Below, one piece after another: positions 38,315-48,874 of a stretch of 64,000 nucleotides of DNA. Within the stretch, counting starts at the first letter, position 1, and each line of letters starts with the position of its first letter. Location: assembly GCA_043819555.1 (NCBI GenBank), contig JBDREQ010000020.1:1-64000 (forward strand), given 5' to 3'. The stretch comes from Candidatus Zixiibacteriota bacterium (GTDB taxonomy: Bacteria; Zixibacteria; MSB-5A5; GN15; JAAZOE01). A program made the position numbers and the translations under genes. The notes below the pieces were generated by a model that saw only the letters and a program-made list of their open reading frames with translations, ran no database searches and was not told where the DNA came from.

Positions 38315-40645
38315 ATGAAAAATTCTTGCTTCATTGTATTGCTTTTTATAATGGTTGCCTCCATTAATATTCAGGCTCAGGACAGCGATTGCGGGACAGT
38401 TGTCAATCCCGATCAGGTTGAGCAGGCTTTGAGAATAGAGCGCGAGATGCAATTGGCATCCAAAGTTCTAGGCGCCACAGCTCATATTGAAATCCCGATT
38501 GCTTATCATATTATCCGTCGTACCGATGGAACCGGAGGCTTTTCTTTGACTGATTTGACAGCCTCGACCGATAGCGCCAATATTTTATTTTCTCCGTTAA
38601 ATGTCAGTATTTATCAATATTCATTGGATTATATAGATGATGACGGTTTCTTCTTTGATACCGAAACAAATTCGCGTTTCGATGAACTCCGAAGTATTAA
38701 TGTCGTTCATGAAGCAATAAATATTTATTTCCTGCCTACTGAATCCGGATTCCCGTATTGCGGATTGTCATCGTTTACGTTTTCCGGAACACAGGGGATA
38801 TTAATGAGCAATAATTGCGCTGGAGAAGCTATTATCAATTCCACATTGGTCCATGAAATTGGCCATTATTTTAATTTATATCATACTCATGAAACCGCCT
38901 TTGGTGATGAATGCCCCGATGCGAGTAATTGTTCTGCAGCTGGCGATTTGATTTGTGATACGCCCGCCGATCCAAATCTTTCTGGTCTCGTTGATGCTTC
39001 TTGTGTTTATACCGGGACCGGCACTTCTCCCGCATCATGCGGCTCAGAAACATATAATCCGCAAATCGAAAATATCATGTCTTATTCCCGAAAGTCCTGC
39101 CGTGATTTTCACAGCGATATGCAAATTGATAAATTCAGAACGACTCTTTTGACTCTCCGACCCGAATTAGTCTTTGGCATTGACGGATTTCTTGTGTTAC
39201 CGGGCGCGATTGAAGCGCTCCCGACCGTTGCCGGCCAAACTTCAGATAGCGTTATAAGGATTATTAACACCGCAGCGACTCCATTTGATATTACATCCGT
39301 TTCCACTTCAATCGGAATTATTAGTGTATCCGGTCCTTCGCCAATAACCCTGAATGAAGATGATACCGTTTCTTACCTTGTCAGTTTTGACGCAACTGCC
39401 TTGACCGGTGAATGCGATCTTGGCCCGAGAGAAGATACTGTTATCTTCAATACAACTCATCCGGAAGTGGCAATCGCTTCAATTCCGGTATCACCCACGG
39501 TTGTTTATGCCATCCCGAACGACGAACATCTCACGACCGGTTCCACATGCCTGATTTTTACGGTACCCAACACGCCCGGAATATCTGACCGGACCAGCGC
39601 CGGATTTGTACCGTCCGGGTTTGGCAATATTCTCTTTGATGGCTCTCTATTGATTGGCATTATTGACGGAACCGATACTACAACCTATATGGATTTGTAT
39701 GGGACGGAAGATTTTTCGATTATTGATACTTATGCAGGCGATATTGATGCGGCTGGCCGCAATAGCCAGACAATCAGATATGTAACCAATGATAATCGAA
39801 TTCATGGTTCGGTGAGCTATCATTATGGCTATAATAGCCTTGGGATCGATAGCTGTTCCGCGCTGGAAATAGAATACACTATTTCCAATCCATGCGATAC
39901 AGCCCTTAATATTGTCGCCGGTATTTTCTGTGATTTTGATATTGATAATTCAGGAGATAATGACGCCTTTATAAATGGAGAGATGGTCATAGCCACAGAC
40001 GGGACTGGCGGCGCGGCACAATCAGTGGCCTTAGCGGTCCTTCAAAGTTGTGGCGCCGGGCCAATCCTGAGAATAATCTCAAATCCGAACTTGATATACC
40101 CCACTAATGGGCTGACTGATTCCGATGCCTATCGTGAATTGACCTCGCCCAGCAGTACCGGCTCGTTGAATTCGACTGACGTTTCGTCGTTAATATCTTT
40201 TGGCGCGGTAACGCTTGACCCGGGCGAAACTCAGTTTTTCCAGGCGGCGATAATATTTTCGGGTACCGGTTCTGACGACCTCAATGCCCCTCTCCTTAAC
40301 GCAAGCTCGCTGGCGAAGGTGGTTTTCCCCGATACCGATGGCGACTGCATAACCGATGCTCTGGATAACTGTCCGGGAACTTATAATCCGGATCAGGCCG
40401 ATCAAAACGGGAACAGTATTGGAGATGTATGCGAGTATAAATGCGGTGATGCCAACAGCGACGACCAAACCAATGTCGGTGATGCCGTTTTTATAATTAA
40501 TCATGCTTTTAAAGGCGGCCCGGCGCCCGATCCTTATGAGGCCTGCGATAGCAACTGCGATGAAGCGTGCAATGTCGGTGATGCTGTTTATCTAATCAAT
40601 CATATCTTCAAAAGCGGGCCGGTTCCGTGTGCGGAGTGTGAGTAG
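38315..40645 (+). CDS. Secreted M43 (pappalysin/ulilysin-like) zinc metalloprotease with Ig-like region, TSP type-3-like repeat and dockerin
   Basis: Signal peptide; propeptide CGT; HEIGHYFNLYH, GDLICDTPAD, NIMSY Met-turn; DTDGD..DNCP..NPDQAD; paired dockerin repeats at the C-terminus. Confidence 0.85.
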   Translation: MKNSCFIVLLFIMVASINIQAQDSDCGTVVNPDQVEQALRIEREMQLASKVLGATAHIEIPIAYHIIRRTDGTGGFSLTDLTASTDSANILFSPLNVSIYQYSLDYIDDDGFFFDTETNSRFDELRSINVVHEAINIYFLPTESGFPYCGLSSFTFSGTQGILMSNNCAGEAIINSTLVHEIGHYFNLYHTHETAFGDECPDASNCSAAGDLICDTPADPNLSGLVDASCVYTGTGTSPASCGSETYNPQIENIMSYSRKSCRDFHSDMQIDKFRTTLLTLRPELVFGIDGFLVLPGAIEALPTVAGQTSDSVIRIINTAATPFDITSVSTSIGIISVSGPSPITLNEDDTVSYLVSFDATALTGECDLGPREDTVIFNTTHPEVAIASIPVSPTVVYAIPNDEHLTTGSTCLIFTVPNTPGISDRTSAGFVPSGFGNILFDGSLLIGIIDGTDTTTYMDLYGTEDFSIIDTYAGDIDAAGRNSQTIRYVTNDNRIHGSVSYHYGYNSLGIDSCSALEIEYTISNPCDTALNIVAGIFCDFDIDNSGDNDAFINGEMVIATDGTGGAAQSVALAVLQSCGAGPILRIISNPNLIYPTNGLTDSDAYRELTSPSSTGSLNSTDVSSLISFGAVTLDPGETQFFQAAIIFSGTGSDDLNAPLLNASSLAKVVFPDTDGDCITDALDNCPGTYNPDQADQNGNSIGDVCEYKCGDANSDDQTNVGDAVFIINHAFKGGPAPDPYEACDSNCDEACNVGDAVYLINHIFKSGPVPCAECE

Positions 40646-40648
40646 ACT

Positions 40649-41788
40649 TTACTTATATTCACGCCACCAGGTTTCAACCACAGGAATAGATGATTCTGTG
40701 ATCGTCTGACCCGGTTTGGGAATAACAATATCGATTTGGGCCGCTTCGGCGGCCTTTTTTAATCTATCCGGCGGATCGAACCATTCATGAAAGGCGAGAT
40801 TGAATGTTCCCCAATGGATGGGGATCATTATTTTTCCCTTTAAGGCCAGATGAGTCGCAACCGCTTGCTCTGGAGTACGATGAATAGCGGGCCATTTTTT
40901 TCCGTAGGCTCCGATTGAGATTAAAGTTATATCGAAGGGCCCATATTTTTGACCAATATCTGATATACCGGTAAATTCACCGGTATCGCCGCTAAAGAAA
41001 ACTCGCTGTTCCTTTCCCATAATAATCCACGAAGCCCATAGGGTGGGGTTTTTATTGGGAATTCGCCGTCCGGAAAAATGCATTCCCGGTACGGCCAGAA
41101 ATCTTACGGAACTTTCGGGTAAATCAAACTCATCCCACCAATCCAATTCATGAATTTGAAATAGGGCAACGCCCCATTTTTCCAGATGAGCCCCCACTCC
41201 CAGCGGAACATAAAAATGAACTCCGGTTTTAGACAGGGATTCTATTGTAGGTTTATCGAGATGATCGTAATGGTCATGTGATATAATCACCGCATCGAGG
41301 GGCGGTAATTTCTCAAGCGGTAACGGCACCGGGTGGAATCGTTTGGGCCCCCATAGAGACGATGGTGAATTTCTTTCACTCCAGATTGGATCAGTAAGAA
41401 TTCGTTTACCATCAATTTCAATAAAGGCCGTGGAATGTCCCATCCAGGTAACCCGTAATTCATTTTCAGGATTATCAGCTAATGCCGCTGAATCGATCGG
41501 AATGACAGGAAGCTTGAAGGAAGGTTCTCTTGCTTCACTATAGAATAAAAATTGATATCCCATTTTAATCGATTCCATAAAAGTAAAATCTTCAACATAT
41601 TTATTGGGATTGACAAACTTTTCGCCATCGTAATTAGGAGAATTATTGATTCGTTCTAATCGGTCACCGGATGGATTGGCGCCGAATTGTGACAGATTAT
41701 CGGTTGAAATGATAAATACAATCAAGCCAATAACAAGCAGACCGCCGAAAACCAGGAGAATCATCTTTGTAAACTTCCACCATTGCAT
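40649..41788 (-). CDS. MBL-fold metallo-hydrolase (RomA/NAPE-PLD-like)
   Basis: TWMGHST, LTDPIW, ISHDHYDHLD, FFSGDTG, PIHWGTF. Real start near 41788; the upstream part of the 600-aa ORF is antisense to the M16 gene. Confidence 0.88.
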   Translation of the reverse strand: MQWWKFTKMILLVFGGLLVIGLIVFIISTDNLSQFGANPSGDRLERINNSPNYDGEKFVNPNKYVEDFTFMESIKMGYQFLFYSEAREPSFKLPVIPIDSAALADNPENELRVTWMGHSTAFIEIDGKRILTDPIWSERNSPSSLWGPKRFHPVPLPLEKLPPLDAVIISHDHYDHLDKPTIESLSKTGVHFYVPLGVGAHLEKWGVALFQIHELDWWDEFDLPESSVRFLAVPGMHFSGRRIPNKNPTLWASWIIMGKEQRVFFSGDTGEFTGISDIGQKYGPFDITLISIGAYGKKWPAIHRTPEQAVATHLALKGKIMIPIHWGTFNLAFHEWFDPPDRLKKAAEAAQIDIVIPKPGQTITESSIPVVETWWREYK

Positions 41789-41981
41789 AATATCATTATT
41801 ATAATAGATGGTTATTCCATATAGGTCAACTTTTAAAGTGGAATATCGATAATCTGCAAAAATCTTCCTGCCCTCTTGATTTTTATGGCAGATTGGGCTT
41901 ATATTGGAATTTCCAAATTCTAATGGGTTAGGAGTGACAAAAATTGATCCCAAAATATAAATATCCAGGAAGGAGTGGCTC

Positions 41982-43763
41982 ATGAACAGACGCCATCTTG
42001 AGATTATTCTTTTTAGCGTATTAATCGTTTTTGCCACCGCTGTGCCAACGGCCGCACAAAACATCGACGCCAAAGAGTATCGACTCGATAATGGAATGCA
42101 GGTATTAATGGTCGAAAGACACGAGGCTCCGACTATTATGGCTTCGATCTTTGCACGCGTCGGATCGGCCAATGAGGTTTCAGGTATAACAGGAATTTCG
42201 CACCTCTTTGAACATATGATGTTTAAAGGTACGGAAATCATCGGAACCAAAGACATCAAGCGCGATCGGGAGATTATGGCACAGCTCGATTCCTTGCGAG
42301 AATTACTGCAGGTTGAAGAATCAATTATGAGAGAGGATTTGCGTCGGGGAAGAATTACCGATATGCTGGACCCTGACGCTAAAACACCCAGATACCGCGA
42401 GATAGAAAAAGTATTTGACAGCCTGATTGTTGAACAGCGAGAATTAATCATAAAAGATCAACTTAATGAACAATATTCAAAACATGGGGGGTTTTTTCTG
42501 AATGCCTTTACAAATTATGATGCCACCGGTTATTTTGTACGCCTTCCCAAAAACAAAATCGAACTCTATATGTGGATGGAATCAGATCGTTTCAAAAATC
42601 CGGTTTTTCGTGAATTTTATTCAGAGCGGGATGTCGTTCGCGAGGAACGGCGATTGGGAGTGGAATCGACGCCGACCGGACTTATTGAAGAAGACTTTAG
42701 CGCTATGTTCTGGAAATCTTCTTCATACAATTGGGATGTTATAGGCTGGTCGTCAGATTTGGGAAGCATTACTCGGGCACAGGCCATGGACTATTATGAC
42801 ACATATTATGCGCCAAATAACTTGACAATGATTCTGGTGGGGGATCTGAATCCGGATGAAATGATTAAAATGGTTAAGAAGTATTTTGAACGAATTCCCC
42901 GCGGGACAATCGAACCTCCCGATGTCGTAACTCTTGAAGAAAAACAATATGGGGAAAAACGATTAAGCGCCGAAGCCGAAACCAGCCCCCTGGCTGAAAT
43001 CTGGTATCACACCGTTGCCTGGAAAAATCCGGATAGCTACGCCTTTGAGGTTCTGGCCGGGATTCTAAATGGAAAAACCGGACGATTATACAATAAGTTA
43101 GTCGAAGAAAAAGGTATTGCAAAAAGTTCCGGAAGCGGTGGCGGCATGTTTGGCGGAAGTAATTTGGCCGTCAGCGGTCAGCAGGATTCCCGGAAGTATG
43201 CCGGGGCTTTTGCGTTTTCCGCGGAAGGATTATCCGGTGTTAAAGCCAAACAGCTTGAACAGGCAATGTATGAAGTCATTGAAGATCTCAGGAATAATCC
43301 CGTATCTGAACAGGAATTGCAAAAGGTCAAGAACCAGTTGCGGGTGGATAAGATCAAATTCATGGATATCATGTCGGGAATAGGCGTTTTATTTAACTTG
43401 GGTATGAATGCGGCAATGGGTGACTGGACGGAAGTCAATAATAATCCCGAAATGTGCGATTTGGTATCTGCCGAAGATATCCAGAGGGTAGCCAATAAGT
43501 ATTTCACCGATGATCAGAAAAACGTTTTGATTATCAATGCCAAGGCTGCCGAAGGTTCCGAAGGTGCACCTGACCCTCAATTTGTTCAAATGGTTCAGAG
43601 AATAAAATCAATGACCGATGCTGACCGACTCGAACAAATGATTGGGATGTTCTCCATGGGGATTGATCAGGCAGAAAACCCCGAAGAGAAGGCTCAAATG
43701 GAAGAAATATTGAAAATCGCCAATGATCATTTAAAAGAATTAAGGGCGGCCGAGAAGGAATAA
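41982..43763 (+). CDS. M16B zinc peptidase, catalytic subunit
   Basis: Signal peptide; GISHLFEHMMFKGT (HxxEH), NAFT, ERDVVREERR, YYAPNN. Confidence 0.9.
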   Translation: MNRRHLEIILFSVLIVFATAVPTAAQNIDAKEYRLDNGMQVLMVERHEAPTIMASIFARVGSANEVSGITGISHLFEHMMFKGTEIIGTKDIKRDREIMAQLDSLRELLQVEESIMREDLRRGRITDMLDPDAKTPRYREIEKVFDSLIVEQRELIIKDQLNEQYSKHGGFFLNAFTNYDATGYFVRLPKNKIELYMWMESDRFKNPVFREFYSERDVVREERRLGVESTPTGLIEEDFSAMFWKSSSYNWDVIGWSSDLGSITRAQAMDYYDTYYAPNNLTMILVGDLNPDEMIKMVKKYFERIPRGTIEPPDVVTLEEKQYGEKRLSAEAETSPLAEIWYHTVAWKNPDSYAFEVLAGILNGKTGRLYNKLVEEKGIAKSSGSGGGMFGGSNLAVSGQQDSRKYAGAFAFSAEGLSGVKAKQLEQAMYEVIEDLRNNPVSEQELQKVKNQLRVDKIKFMDIMSGIGVLFNLGMNAAMGDWTEVNNNPEMCDLVSAEDIQRVANKYFTDDQKNVLIINAKAAEGSEGAPDPQFVQMVQRIKSMTDADRLEQMIGMFSMGIDQAENPEEKAQMEEILKIANDHLKELRAAEKE

Positions 43764-43788
43764 GGCACACGCCATAGGAGATACGAAC

Positions 43789-45297
43789 ATGAGAAGATTA
43801 TCAAACTTGTTTTTATATCGGCCGGTCGCGCCGGCAATAGTTTTGGCGTTAATGGCCGTCATGATCTTCGGTTCAATCGCATGGGCCGAGGAAATCGTCA
43901 ATCATCCCGACAAACTTACTTACGACGATCTAAACTATCAGCCACCTGGACCGGAGAAATATTATCATAAATTGGATTGCGGCGTGTCCGCGTACGTTGC
44001 CGAACATCACGAAGTTCCGACCTTTGATTTAACGATTTTGGTTCGCACAGGCTCGATTTATGACCCAGTAGAAAAAGCTGGTCTGGCTGATATGGCAGGA
44101 TACTTAATGCGCAATGGCGGAGTGGAAGGAATGACAGCCAGGGAAATCGATGAACACCTCGCTTTTTTGGCCGGTGAGGTATCGGTTGATATCGGCGACA
44201 CGCGCGGGTCAGCCAGTCTCTTTTGCCTGTCCAAAGATATCGATGAAGGACTGGAATTACTTAAGAAAATTCTCCGCAACCCTGTTTTTGGACAGGAAGC
44301 GCTGGATCTATATCGCACTGACATTCTCTCTGATTTAGAACAGCGAAATACATCTACTTCCGAGATTGAAACGCGGGAATGGCAATTTTTACTTTATGGC
44401 GACCATCCGCACACCATACCCTATCGCCGTACCGAGCAATCGGTAAATTCTATCACCCGCGAGGATTTAGTCGCCTTTCATCAAAAGTACTTTTTCCCTG
44501 GTAATTTTATAATCGCCGTGTCCGGAGATTTTAACACCGATGAAATTCTCGCAAAACTGAATAATCTATTTGCGGATTGGTCAGATAAGGAATTGAATCT
44601 TCCGGAAATAAGCGATCAAATCCCCAATGCCAAACCGGGCGTATATTTAATTAAGAAAGATGACGTAAATCAATCTCGAATAAGGATCGGGCATTTCGGG
44701 GTAAAACGAGATATATCGGATCAATATGCGCTGGAGGTAATGAATAATATTCTTGGCGGCGGAGGGTTTACTTCACGTATTGTCAGACGGGTTCGGTCCG
44801 ATGAGGGCCTGGCTTATAATGCCGGAAGCGCCTTTGACAAACTGGTTTTGTATCCGGGCACTTTCAGGGCATGGTTCCAGACCAAACATTCCACTGCCGC
44901 ATTTGGGACTGGTCTAATAGTTAAAGAGATAAATCGTATTCGCACGGAAAAATGCGAGGCGGAGATTGTTGATAATGCCAAAGCTAGTTTTGTTGGTAAA
45001 CTGGTCAATCCCTTCAGCAGTAAGAATGCAATTGTTAACACTTTTGCCGATGATGAATATACCAGCCGACCAAAGGATTACTGGAAGAACTACAAGAAAA
45101 ATATGGAGGCGGTTACGCCGGATGATGTTTTGGCCGCCGCCCAGAAATATCTGCACCCTGATAAATTAGTATTTCTGGTAGTCGGCGATCCCGACGCGGT
45201 TCAAAAGGGCTCAGATAAGCATGATGATAGTTTTGCAAATTTTGGCGAAATTACCATAATGCCTCTCCGAAATCCGATGACTTTGGAATTTGAGTAG
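43789..45297 (+). CDS. M16B peptidase partner subunit lacking HxxEH
   Basis: KAGLADMAGYLM in place of HxxEH; ILGGGGFTSRI..VRSDEGLAY (R/Y pair). Confidence 0.85.
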   Translation: MRRLSNLFLYRPVAPAIVLALMAVMIFGSIAWAEEIVNHPDKLTYDDLNYQPPGPEKYYHKLDCGVSAYVAEHHEVPTFDLTILVRTGSIYDPVEKAGLADMAGYLMRNGGVEGMTAREIDEHLAFLAGEVSVDIGDTRGSASLFCLSKDIDEGLELLKKILRNPVFGQEALDLYRTDILSDLEQRNTSTSEIETREWQFLLYGDHPHTIPYRRTEQSVNSITREDLVAFHQKYFFPGNFIIAVSGDFNTDEILAKLNNLFADWSDKELNLPEISDQIPNAKPGVYLIKKDDVNQSRIRIGHFGVKRDISDQYALEVMNNILGGGGFTSRIVRRVRSDEGLAYNAGSAFDKLVLYPGTFRAWFQTKHSTAAFGTGLIVKEINRIRTEKCEAEIVDNAKASFVGKLVNPFSSKNAIVNTFADDEYTSRPKDYWKNYKKNMEAVTPDDVLAAAQKYLHPDKLVFLVVGDPDAVQKGSDKHDDSFANFGEITIMPLRNPMTLEFE

Positions 45298-45315
45298 TAA
45301 ATTATTCTATACAAT

Positions 45316-45345
45316 GAAAGTAGTCCCTGACAGGGGGCTACTTTC
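45316..45345. terminator. Hairpin between convergent operons
   Basis: gaaagtagtccct-gaca-gggggctactttc. Confidence 0.6.
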
Positions 45346-45365
45346 TGAAATTCCAATAATATTAT

Positions 45366-46565
45366 TTATTCGTGATAAAGAGCCCCAATTACTTCAACCT
45401 GGGCCGCCCTTATGGCCGGATAAAGTCCGGAGACAACGCCTATGCCAATACAAATCAAGACCGAATAGAGAATCCAGTACCAGGGTAAAATTAATTCGGC
45501 TCCGATAATAAATTTATTTATTGCCATTCCGGCAACGATTCCAATAATGCCGCCAACTACTCCGAGGGCTATTGACTCGGTAACAAACTGGATCAAAATC
45601 ATTCGCCGATTAGCTCCCACAGCCCGGCGTATCCCGATTTCGCGAGTTCTCTCCGTCACAGAAACCAGCATGACATTGGCGATTCCTATTCCCCCGACGC
45701 CAAGAGAAATGAGGGCAATTAGAATAATAAATCGTGCCAATTCTTCATTGGTGTCCTGGATCGTAGATAAAAAGAAATCCTGCCGGCGCACTCGAAAATC
45801 ATTATCCTGATCGGGGCGTAAACGGTGGTTGCGCCTTAAGATATGCTCAATATCAAAAAGAGCCTCATCATTATCATCAGCAGATGTTATCTGGGCCAGT
45901 ATATTGCTAAGATGATCGACTCCGTAGAGCCGCTCCTGAGCGGTGGTCAATGGTATAAATACCTGATCGTCAGGATTTGACCAGCCTTCGCCCTTAGCCT
46001 CAAGTAGTCCGATAACTTCAAATCGTTTCGATTTTATTAATATTGTTTTGCCAAGCGCGGCGTCTTCTCCGAATAATTCGGTTTGTACCGTGGCGCCCAG
46101 AATACAAACCTGAGATCGCTCGCGCATTTCAATTTCGGAAAAAAATCTTCCTTCAATCGGGGAGCTGTTGTTGACTGCCGCGTATTCGGGTGTAGTTCCG
46201 GTTACGCGCGTGTTGTAATTTTTATCCCGGTACTCAGCCATCGCAGAGGCCGAATAGGTCGGAACCGCGGTTGTAATTATTTTTGAGGAATTTTGTATTT
46301 CCCGGGCATCATTCCAGGTAAGATTAACGACGCTGGCCGAAGTCCTGACTCCGTGCATATGGGAAAATCCAGGCCGAATCATGAGGACATTAGAGCCAAG
46401 CGATTCTAACCTCTCGTTAATTCTCTTTTTGGTTATTTCTCCTAAAACAACAACATAAAGTACGGCGGCAATTCCAACGGCGATTCCAATTAGGGTCAAA
46501 ATCGAACGCAGAGGATTTGCGCGGAGGCTCTGGAAAGCGACTTTCATATTTTCCAATAATATCAT
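45366..46565 (-). CDS. MacB/FtsX-like ABC permease without ATPase domain
   Basis: RSILTLIGIAVGI, GGIGIANVMLVSVTERTREIGIRRAVGA, GLYPA. Start reassigned to 46565. Confidence 0.88.
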   Translation of the reverse strand: MILLENMKVAFQSLRANPLRSILTLIGIAVGIAAVLYVVVLGEITKKRINERLESLGSNVLMIRPGFSHMHGVRTSASVVNLTWNDAREIQNSSKIITTAVPTYSASAMAEYRDKNYNTRVTGTTPEYAAVNNSSPIEGRFFSEIEMRERSQVCILGATVQTELFGEDAALGKTILIKSKRFEVIGLLEAKGEGWSNPDDQVFIPLTTAQERLYGVDHLSNILAQITSADDNDEALFDIEHILRRNHRLRPDQDNDFRVRRQDFFLSTIQDTNEELARFIILIALISLGVGGIGIANVMLVSVTERTREIGIRRAVGANRRMILIQFVTESIALGVVGGIIGIVAGMAINKFIIGAELILPWYWILYSVLICIGIGVVSGLYPAIRAAQVEVIGALYHE

Positions 46566-46593
46566 ATCATTTTTCCGACATATATAAATTTGA

Positions 46594-47781
46594 TTATCGC
46601 CGCCCCGAGGTAGAATTTGAATCAGACGTCCCAAAACCTCGCGTGCTTCTAATTCTCTGTTCCATCCGATCATTTTCGGCCTTAAGCCGCGAGTCCATCG
46701 GTACACCCAATATATCTCCTTGCTTTAGCCCGGAAATGACAATGGCCTGCTTGAAATCATAAAGTCCAATTTCAATTTCACGCGACACGAATTCCCCATT
46801 CTCTTTGACGAGCGCATTGCGCAAAGAGCGGTTTATGCCCGCGGGATCCGAAATCATTAATGCCATCATCGGCGCAATCAATACATCATCTTGTTCGACA
46901 ATCGTGATTTCTACCGAAGCGTTCATTCCTGACTTAAGCATGCCATCAGTGTTCTCCACTTCAATTATAACATCAAAAAGTGTTACATTCTGCTCGATCC
47001 GGGCTTCGGGCGACATTCGAATTATGCTGCCGCGGAATTTTTTAAATGGATAGGCTTCCGCCGTGACATTTGCCTCTTGGTTAATTTGAATTTTTCCGAC
47101 ATCGATTTCGTCTATTCCGGCTGTTATGTAAACGTGATTCATATCCGCTACTGCCACGATTGGAGTCCCACCGCTGACGTTATTAATGCCTGAAGAGATA
47201 ATTTGCCCCGCTTCAACGAATTTTTTGAGAATAACGCCGTCAATCGGGGCGCGCACGATGGTTTCGCTCAATCGCACTTCGGCTTGATTACGCGCGATTC
47301 GGGTTCTGACAAGTTTGCCTTTTGCCTGAGCCAGCGACAGTTCGACTCGGTCGAGCTCCTGCCGGGATATGAGATGCTTATCAAATAGTTCTTTCTGGCG
47401 GCTGAAATCATTTTCAGTCTGAGTCAATTCCGCCTCCGCAATATCCAAATCCGCCTGGGTTTGATCGACTTCAGCCTGTACATCGGTTTTATCGAGGCGG
47501 CAGATTAACTCATCTTTTTTGATAAAATCACCTTCCTCAACGGGCAAATATTCTATTCTCCCGCTAGCCTTAGATTTTATTTCAATTCTATCAATCGGGT
47601 TGACTACACCCGAAGCCGTAACCGAAATCCTGAAATCACTGCGCATAATTTCATATTCCTTATACTTAGTCACTCCGCCATCGGGGTTGTTTTGTCGATT
47701 ACTGCCATATTGAGCAATTGCGAAAACAATAATGAGGATAACAGCCAGCCCAGTGGTAAATTTCCATCCCGAAATTTTCAT
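46594..47781 (-). CDS. MacA-like efflux periplasmic adaptor subunit
   Basis: IKSKASGRI..VEEGD, VRAPIDGVI, DEIDVGKI, LKSGMNA; AGGAG RBS before ATG 47781. Confidence 0.85.
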   Translation of the reverse strand: MKISGWKFTTGLAVILIIVFAIAQYGSNRQNNPDGGVTKYKEYEIMRSDFRISVTASGVVNPIDRIEIKSKASGRIEYLPVEEGDFIKKDELICRLDKTDVQAEVDQTQADLDIAEAELTQTENDFSRQKELFDKHLISRQELDRVELSLAQAKGKLVRTRIARNQAEVRLSETIVRAPIDGVILKKFVEAGQIISSGINNVSGGTPIVAVADMNHVYITAGIDEIDVGKIQINQEANVTAEAYPFKKFRGSIIRMSPEARIEQNVTLFDVIIEVENTDGMLKSGMNASVEITIVEQDDVLIAPMMALMISDPAGINRSLRNALVKENGEFVSREIEIGLYDFKQAIVISGLKQGDILGVPMDSRLKAENDRMEQRIRSTRGFGTSDSNSTSGRR

Positions 47782-47973
47782 AAAACTCCTTATCAATTCA
47801 ATGCAAAATACATATACGCAAAATATAGATGGCCTTTTGATGAAAATCAATCCCGTTTGATTGATTTATACAGGAATCAATTATTTTTGGTCGCACATTA
47901 AATAGATCAAACGGTCTTATAGGCCATTTTCGTATTTTGGCATATGGGCTCAAATAAAGTTGAGGAGAAATCA

Positions 47974-48558
47974 ATGAGCAATAATGTAAATGCTGCTGCT
48001 CAAATTGAAATGGAAAAAGCAATCGAGGAAATATCAAAGTACCGGGCAAAGATACGCGAATTGAGAAAAAGTCTGCCGCCGGAAGAAATCGGACAATACC
48101 AGTTTACTGACGGTAACGGGAATAAAGTATCTTTATCGAGCCTTTTCGGGAATAAAAAAGACCTCATAATCGTTCATAATATGGGAAAGGGTTGTCCCTA
48201 TTGCACTCTTTGGGCTGATGGATTCAACGGCGTATATCAACATTTGGAAAACCGGGCTGGATTCGCGGTTGTTTCTCCCGATAAGCCGGAAACTATGAAG
48301 GAATTTTCTCGGGGCCGAAATTGGAAATTCAGGATATTATCCAACGCCAAAGGGAACTTCACCAAAGATATGGGATATGAGGACGAAAAAGGCAACCCGC
48401 ATCCCGGTATTTCGACGTTTCATCGCGATTCCGATGGCAAAATCTATCGCATTTCACACGCTCCTTTTGGGCCGGGTGATGATTTCTGCGCTGTATGGTA
48501 TATGTTTGATATGCTTCAAGGCGGAGCAAATGGCTGGCAACCTAAGTACATGTATTAA
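47974..48558 (+). CDS. DUF899 family thioredoxin-like protein
   Basis: LSSLFG.K.DLIIVHNMGKGCPYCTLWADGFNG; GAGGAG RBS. Confidence 0.8.
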   Translation: MSNNVNAAAQIEMEKAIEEISKYRAKIRELRKSLPPEEIGQYQFTDGNGNKVSLSSLFGNKKDLIIVHNMGKGCPYCTLWADGFNGVYQHLENRAGFAVVSPDKPETMKEFSRGRNWKFRILSNAKGNFTKDMGYEDEKGNPHPGISTFHRDSDGKIYRISHAPFGPGDDFCAVWYMFDMLQGGANGWQPKYMY

Positions 48559-48874
48559 AAGTGGTTCAAACGTTCCTTGTTTTTGAAACAGGAAAGGAGA
48601 ACCGTTATCTTACAACGCAGACAAAATACTCTAAAAAACTCATTGCATAAATTCCGAAAATATCTATTTTAAAATAGATAACCACCTCGTATCCTTCACC
48701 TACTGAAATTCTATTGCCATAGTTCGATAGAATTGGGTATGTCATGGCTAAATCAGTATTTACATTATGAAATTAATTATGTGACAAAGTCGGATTCCGA
48801 AATACTAAATGCGAGCTGTTATAAATACAGAGTATTGATCATTCGGCCATAATAAATTTACCTGGGAGGGCATT

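Noticed and set aside
41789..42451. N-terminal ~220 aa of the 600-aa minus-strand ORF 40649..42451
   Set aside because: It runs antisense to the M16 peptidase gene and across the intergenic region. The MBL protein starts at its membrane anchor near 41788.
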